The notes under the pieces are model-generated. The model worked only from the letters and a program-made list of their open reading frames with translations. It made no database searches and had not been told where the DNA came from. This document shows, in pieces, positions 59,716 through 64,000 of a stretch of DNA of 64,000 nucleotides. Positions within the stretch are counted from its first letter, which is position 1, and each line of letters opens with the position of its first letter. The position numbers and the translations under genes are program-made. Source of the DNA: Gammaproteobacteria bacterium (GTDB taxonomy: Bacteria; Pseudomonadota; Gammaproteobacteria; Steroidobacterales; Rariloculaceae); the NCBI GenBank assembly GCA_022819855.1, contig JAJEGN010000005.1, positions 261,724 through 325,723 of the forward strand. The letters run 5' to 3'.

Positions 59716-60965
59716 AGACCATGTATCCGTTGCACACGGCAATCCTCGCAGTTGCACTCGCGCTCGGCGGGCATGTTGACTCCAGAGCCCAGGGCGGCGC
59801 CGATCAGTCCGACGAGCGCGCCCTTGCGATCCACGAAGCCGTGCTCACCATCGACAGTCACGACGACATCCCGTTCAATTTCGCGAGCGATGCGGTCGAT
59901 CCGCTCGACGCGCCCCGACAGGTCAACCTGCAGAAGATGCTCGCCGGCGGTCTGGATGTCGCGTTCTTTATCGTCTACGTCCCTCAGACCACGCGGACGC
60001 CGGAGAACTACGCTCAGGCTCAAGCTCGCGCGATCACCAAGTTCGATGCGATACACCGCATGGCCGAGGAGCTATATCCGGACCTCATCGAAATCGCCTA
60101 CAGCGCCGACGATGTCGAGCGGATCAACGCGTCGGGCAAGCTGGTCGCAGCCATCGGCATCGAGAACGGCTACTCGATCGGCCAGGACACCTCCCTGCTC
60201 GAGCGCTACCACGAACTTGGCGCGAGGTACGTCACGCTCGCGCACAACGGCCACAATGCCATCGCCGATTCGGCGCAGCCGCGCGCGAATCTCGGGGACA
60301 GCCTGGCCGAACACGGCGGCATCAGCGAGTTCGGCGAAGAGGTCATCGCCGAAATGAACCGGCTCGGCATCATGATCGATATCTCGCACATTTCAAGGGC
60401 TGCGGCGCTCGATGCGATCCGGCTGTCGCGAGCGCCCGTGATGGCGTCGCACTCGAACGCGCGCGGCCTCACCGACCATGTGCGCAACCTCGACGACGAG
60501 ACGCTGCTGGCCCTGCGCGACAACGGCGGCGTCATGCAGACGACCGCTTTCGCGGGCTATCTCAAGGAAGCCACAGCCGCGGAAATCGAAGCCACGAATG
60601 CGGCACTTGCCGAGTTCGGCATCGCAGGCTTCGGGGACTGGTTCTCGCTGAGCGAAGGTGAACGCGAACGCCTGGAAGCCCGGCTGGCGGAGATCGGCTA
60701 CGCGGATGTCGGCAACCTCATTGATCACGTCGACTACGCCGTCGAACTGATTGGCATCGACCATGTGGGGCTGAGCTCGGACTTCGACGGCGGCGGCGGC
60801 ATTGTCGGCTGGTTCGACGCCGCCGACACGGCCAACGTGACGCTGGAACTCGTGAGCCGAGGTTACGGCGAGGAAGAGATCGCCAAGCTCTGGGGCGGCA
60901 ACCTGCTCAGGGTCTGGCGGGAGGCCGAGCGCATCGCCGCCGAATCGCCCCCGCGCGCCGACTGA
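59712..60965 (+). CDS. membrane (renal-type, M19) dipeptidase, exported
   Basis: IDSHDD, LAHNGHNA, DISHIS, ASHSNARG, GLSSDFDGGG. ATGA overlap with the upstream amidohydrolase gene. Confidence 0.87.
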   Translation: MKTMYPLHTAILAVALALGGHVDSRAQGGADQSDERALAIHEAVLTIDSHDDIPFNFASDAVDPLDAPRQVNLQKMLAGGLDVAFFIVYVPQTTRTPENYAQAQARAITKFDAIHRMAEELYPDLIEIAYSADDVERINASGKLVAAIGIENGYSIGQDTSLLERYHELGARYVTLAHNGHNAIADSAQPRANLGDSLAEHGGISEFGEEVIAEMNRLGIMIDISHISRAAALDAIRLSRAPVMASHSNARGLTDHVRNLDDETLLALRDNGGVMQTTAFAGYLKEATAAEIEATNAALAEFGIAGFGDWFSLSEGERERLEARLAEIGYADVGNLIDHVDYAVELIGIDHVGLSSDFDGGGGIVGWFDAADTANVTLELVSRGYGEEEIAKLWGGNLLRVWREAERIAAESPPRAD

Positions 60966-60998
60966 ACTGCGGCGCGGCGCTTACGGCCGAAGGCCGGC

Positions 60999-61682
60999 TC
61001 AGAGGGCCACGGCTGTCGTCTCGAATCGGCGGCTGCGGACCTGCAGGTCGGCATTGCGGACGTGGATCGCGCACATCTCGCTGGCCAGCGTTGCATCGCG
61101 GGCTTCTATGGCCGAGACGATGGCGTCGAGCTCCTCGATGACTTCCTGCAGGCGGTCCGGCGCGGGAAGCGCCAGCTCGTCGAACAGCACGACCTGATTG
61201 ATGAGCTGGTTTACGATCTGGCCGATCATCTTGTTGCCGCAGCCGCTGAACAGCACCGAATAGAACCCGACCTTGAGGGCCAGGACGTCCTGCAGGCTCC
61301 TGGATGGCGTGACCGGCTTCTGCGATGAAACCTCGTGGCGCAACTGGGCAATCTGCTCGTCGGTGGCCTTGCGGGCGAATTCACGGGCGGCCAGGGACTC
61401 AAGTGCAATCCTGATCTGGAAGATCTCCCTGATCTCATTGGAATCGACCTGGGCCACGGACGGGCCCCGGTGTGCGACCCAGGTAATCAATCCTTCGGCC
61501 TGCAGTTGCGGCAGCGCCTCGCGCAGTAGCGGGCGACTGACGTCGAGGGAAGCGCAGAGTTCTCGTTCCACGAGCTTCTGGCCGGGCTTCAGATCGCCGT
61601 TCAGGATCGCCTCGCGCAGGCGGGCGGTCACCTGGCGGCGCAAGGGCATGGATTCACGTTCGATGGGCTTGAGTTTGTCCAT
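60999..61682 (-). CDS. GntR-family transcriptional regulator (FadR/FCD C-terminal domain)
   Basis: wHTH LKPGQKLVERELCASLDVSRPLLREALPQLQAEGLI with a helical FCD-type C-terminus. Start taken at the internal Met (MDKLKPIE). Confidence 0.85.
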   Translation of the reverse strand: MDKLKPIERESMPLRRQVTARLREAILNGDLKPGQKLVERELCASLDVSRPLLREALPQLQAEGLITWVAHRGPSVAQVDSNEIREIFQIRIALESLAAREFARKATDEQIAQLRHEVSSQKPVTPSRSLQDVLALKVGFYSVLFSGCGNKMIGQIVNQLINQVVLFDELALPAPDRLQEVIEELDAIVSAIEARDATLASEMCAIHVRNADLQVRSRRFETTAVAL

Positions 61683-61933
61683 TTGTAAGATTGTCTCCAC
61701 ATCACCCAAGACGCTGCCCTTGCCGTCCACGCGGGAAAAACTCTTCGGCAGGAAAGAGTTACAAGGCGCAGATCAATCTACTGGGGTAGAGCCAACACGT
61801 TGATCGAATTGTCCGGATCAGGCGGCAGTGTCACACTGCTTAGCCGACCAATTCTAACAGGAGAAGCCAGCGCGTTCGAGTTTGCGACCCGTGGGCTACA
61901 TTGCAAGCGAAGCGCCGTCGCGCGCGTACCGTA

Positions 61934-63421
61934 CTACTCCTCGCAGGTGAAACTTCCGGCGTCGTCGGGATCGCCTTCGCCGTTCCATGTGGCCACTTCA
62001 GGCCAGGGACACAGCGGTCGCGTCATTTCGACTTCGCCCGCGCGAATCCGCGAGGCCGTGATCCGATCCGGCGCCTCACCGTTCTCGACCCAGGCTTCGA
62101 TAGCGCCGAGAAAATCGGCGCTGTCCGGACCGATGCCGCCACGGCAATGACCCACGCCGGGCATCAGGTACAGGCGCAGCCAGTCGTCCTGCTCGGGGCC
62201 CATCGCCGCCTGCACGCGCTCGTAATAGTCGATGGTGTTCAGGGGCGACGGGCCTGGATCGTTCCAGCCGTGATAGAAAAGCAGCTTGCCGCCCCGGGCC
62301 TTGAACTCGGACAGATCCGCTTCGAGCGCCTCGATGTAGCCGGCCTTGTCGCGTACGAGCGCGAGGTCTCTTTCGAGGTCAAAATCGCGCCAGTCCCAGT
62401 CGGGGTCTTCGTAGACGAGATAGCGGGTCGCGTCGATCTGCAAGGCGCGAGGTTCCGAGCCCTCTTCGGGCATGCGCCAGCCGAGCTCGAAGCCCTTCGC
62501 GTGTCCCGGGTAGAGCAGTTCGCCGCTACCGGAATGCACGCCCGCGTATACGTCTTCCACGGAACGCAGCTGTTCCGGCGTGAGACACATGCCGCTCTCG
62601 TTGCCGGTACATTGCAGCGATTGCGGTTCGAAATCGCAGGCCAGCGGATCGTTGAGAAAGCCGTCCTCGACGCCGTCGTTCACCTCGCAGGCGGCAAGGA
62701 CCGAATCGTGCAGAAACTGCACTTTTTCGGGTGACAGGGCGAAAGCTCGATTCTCGATGAGTTCTTTCGTGCGGTGCAGTTGCGTGGCGTTGAGCGCGAG
62801 CTGGTTGTTCACCGGGGCGCCGACGATGATCGCGTCAAAGTCGGCCGGAAAGCGCTGGGCCGCCATCATTCCCTGGCGCCCGCCCGTGGAACAGCCCTGG
62901 TAATAGGAGAGCCTCGGCGCTTGTTCGTAGAAGGCGTCGATCATCTGCTTCGAGCGCACCGCCATCTCGTGCATCGCGCGCCAGGCGAAGTCGACGACCT
63001 TCTCCGGGTGGCCCACGGCAAACTCGGCGCTGGCGCCTTTGTGACCGGTGTCGTTGGATGCGACCGCGTAACCGGCCTGAAGGCCCGCGGCCATGGCCGA
63101 GAAGCTGATCGAGCCCGCCCAGCCACCGTTGCCGACCGCCAGGAACTTGCCGTTCCAGTCGTCGGGCAGCCACAGCTCCATCTCGATGTGCGAGTCGTCC
63201 GAGGGACTCAGCACCGCCGCCAGGCGGCAGTGGGGCGCCAGGGACACCTCGGGTCCGAACCGCGATTCGAGCATTGCCGATGAGCGGCTCTCCGTCTCGG
63301 TGATCGCGACCGTGTCGATTGCAAGGTTCCCGAGTGCCTCGCAGTCCGCAGCCACCGCAGATATCGGGGCAACGGTGCAGGAACAGAAAAGAAGAAACCT
63401 GCCGAGGGGGCGTGGAGTCAT
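61934..63421 (-). CDS. tannase / feruloyl-esterase family alpha/beta hydrolase, exported
   Basis: Signal peptide; nucleophile elbow GCSTGGRQG; multiple conserved Cys; family-typical size (about 495 aa). Confidence 0.85.
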   Translation of the reverse strand: MTPRPLGRFLLFCSCTVAPISAVAADCEALGNLAIDTVAITETESRSSAMLESRFGPEVSLAPHCRLAAVLSPSDDSHIEMELWLPDDWNGKFLAVGNGGWAGSISFSAMAAGLQAGYAVASNDTGHKGASAEFAVGHPEKVVDFAWRAMHEMAVRSKQMIDAFYEQAPRLSYYQGCSTGGRQGMMAAQRFPADFDAIIVGAPVNNQLALNATQLHRTKELIENRAFALSPEKVQFLHDSVLAACEVNDGVEDGFLNDPLACDFEPQSLQCTGNESGMCLTPEQLRSVEDVYAGVHSGSGELLYPGHAKGFELGWRMPEEGSEPRALQIDATRYLVYEDPDWDWRDFDLERDLALVRDKAGYIEALEADLSEFKARGGKLLFYHGWNDPGPSPLNTIDYYERVQAAMGPEQDDWLRLYLMPGVGHCRGGIGPDSADFLGAIEAWVENGEAPDRITASRIRAGEVEMTRPLCPWPEVATWNGEGDPDDAGSFTCEE

Positions 63422-63684
63422 GTTTGTTCCTCCGAAGCCGGAGCGTTCAGTTGTTTCCCTCCGAGTATACGGCGTTCGATCCCAAACCTGGCGACCCGGA
63501 AGCCGAGCTGCTCACGCCTGCACAGTGATCGGACTCGGCGCAAAGCGATCGCGAGCCGACAGATCGAGATTGCCGGCGAGTTGACACTGTCGCCGTGCGG
63601 GGATTACTTTCGGACTGATAGCGTGCCCTCCGGCGCAGCGTTACAAGAGTTCCGTTGGAGAACCTCCGGACGGGGACCGGGCCG

Positions 63685-64000
63685 ATGGCAGACAAGAAAA
63701 GGAGCGGAGTGGGTTCGTTCGTCAGCGCGCTCGTGGGCACCCTGATCGCGCTGTATCTGTACGACATGGTGTTCCGACAGGAACTCGCAACAGGTCCCGA
63801 GTCAGGTCCGGAATCCGCAGCGGCACCGAGAACGGCGGCCGGACATCCCGACTTCAACGGGATCTGGCAGGCGCTCAACAACGCTCACTGGGACGTCGAA
63901 GCACATGGCGCCGCGCCCGGTCATGTTCGCGAACTCGGCGCCCTCTCGGCCGTTCCGCCCGGCCTCGGTGTCGTCGATGGCGGCACGATCCCGTATCGGC
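63685..64000 (+). CDS. hypothetical membrane-anchored/exported protein, 5' part only (runs off the window)
   Basis: The ATG at 63685 opens a frame that stays open to the window end: MADKKRSGVGSFVSALVGTLIALYLYD... (N-terminal TM helix). Not in the ORF track because it has no stop. Confidence 0.45.
   Translation, partial: MADKKRSGVGSFVSALVGTLIALYLYDMVFRQELATGPESGPESAAAPRTAAGHPDFNGIWQALNNAHWDVEAHGAAPGHVRELGALSAVPPGLGVVDGGTIPYR

Overview
High-GC (hand-sampled 60-nt lines about 65-75% GC) chromosomal segment. The gene content and the ftsY-ftsE-ftsX-rpoH synteny look gammaproteobacterial. Most of the window is housekeeping: thiolase, msrA, gltBD, rpoH, ftsYEX, rsmD, coaD, ggt, mutM, rpmBG, radC, coaBC, dut, pyrE, xthA, ampG, trmB, mutY and tRNA-Gly(CCC). 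There are also two TonB-dependent receptors and a small catabolic cluster (PQQ dehydrogenase, amidohydrolase, M19 dipeptidase, GntR regulator, tannase-like esterase). Three accessory regions stand out. (1) A roughly 9.5 kb low-GC island (about 23.0-32.6 kb) between ggt and mutM encodes what reads as a complete SspABCD-SspE-type DNA phosphorothioation defence module: cysteine desulfurase, DUF4007 protein, large P-loop ATPase, PP-loop PAPS-reductase-like enzyme and a DUF262/DUF1524 effector. No integrase or flanking repeats are visible. (2) A low-GC, translationally coupled three-gene cassette (18192-19947) sits between ftsY and rsmD and runs directly into the rsmD start codon. It encodes a 197-aa protein with four long poly-glycine runs plus two proteins I cannot assign to any named family. 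This is my best candidate for an undescribed system. (3) Two paralogous RHH/PIN (VapBC-like) toxin-antitoxin pairs each have an operator-like palindrome, and one abuts a frameshifted remnant of a second trmB. Other oddities are an exported double-Cache::Cu/Zn-SOD fusion, a Sel1::prolyl-4-hydroxylase fusion, a fatty-acid desaturase with a helical C-terminal extension reminiscent of ISL3 transposases, and a histidine kinase and orphan OmpR-type regulator separated by msrA-gltDB. No CRISPR arrays, rRNA genes, transposases or integrases were seen. The many long antisense ORFs in the track are high-GC artefacts.
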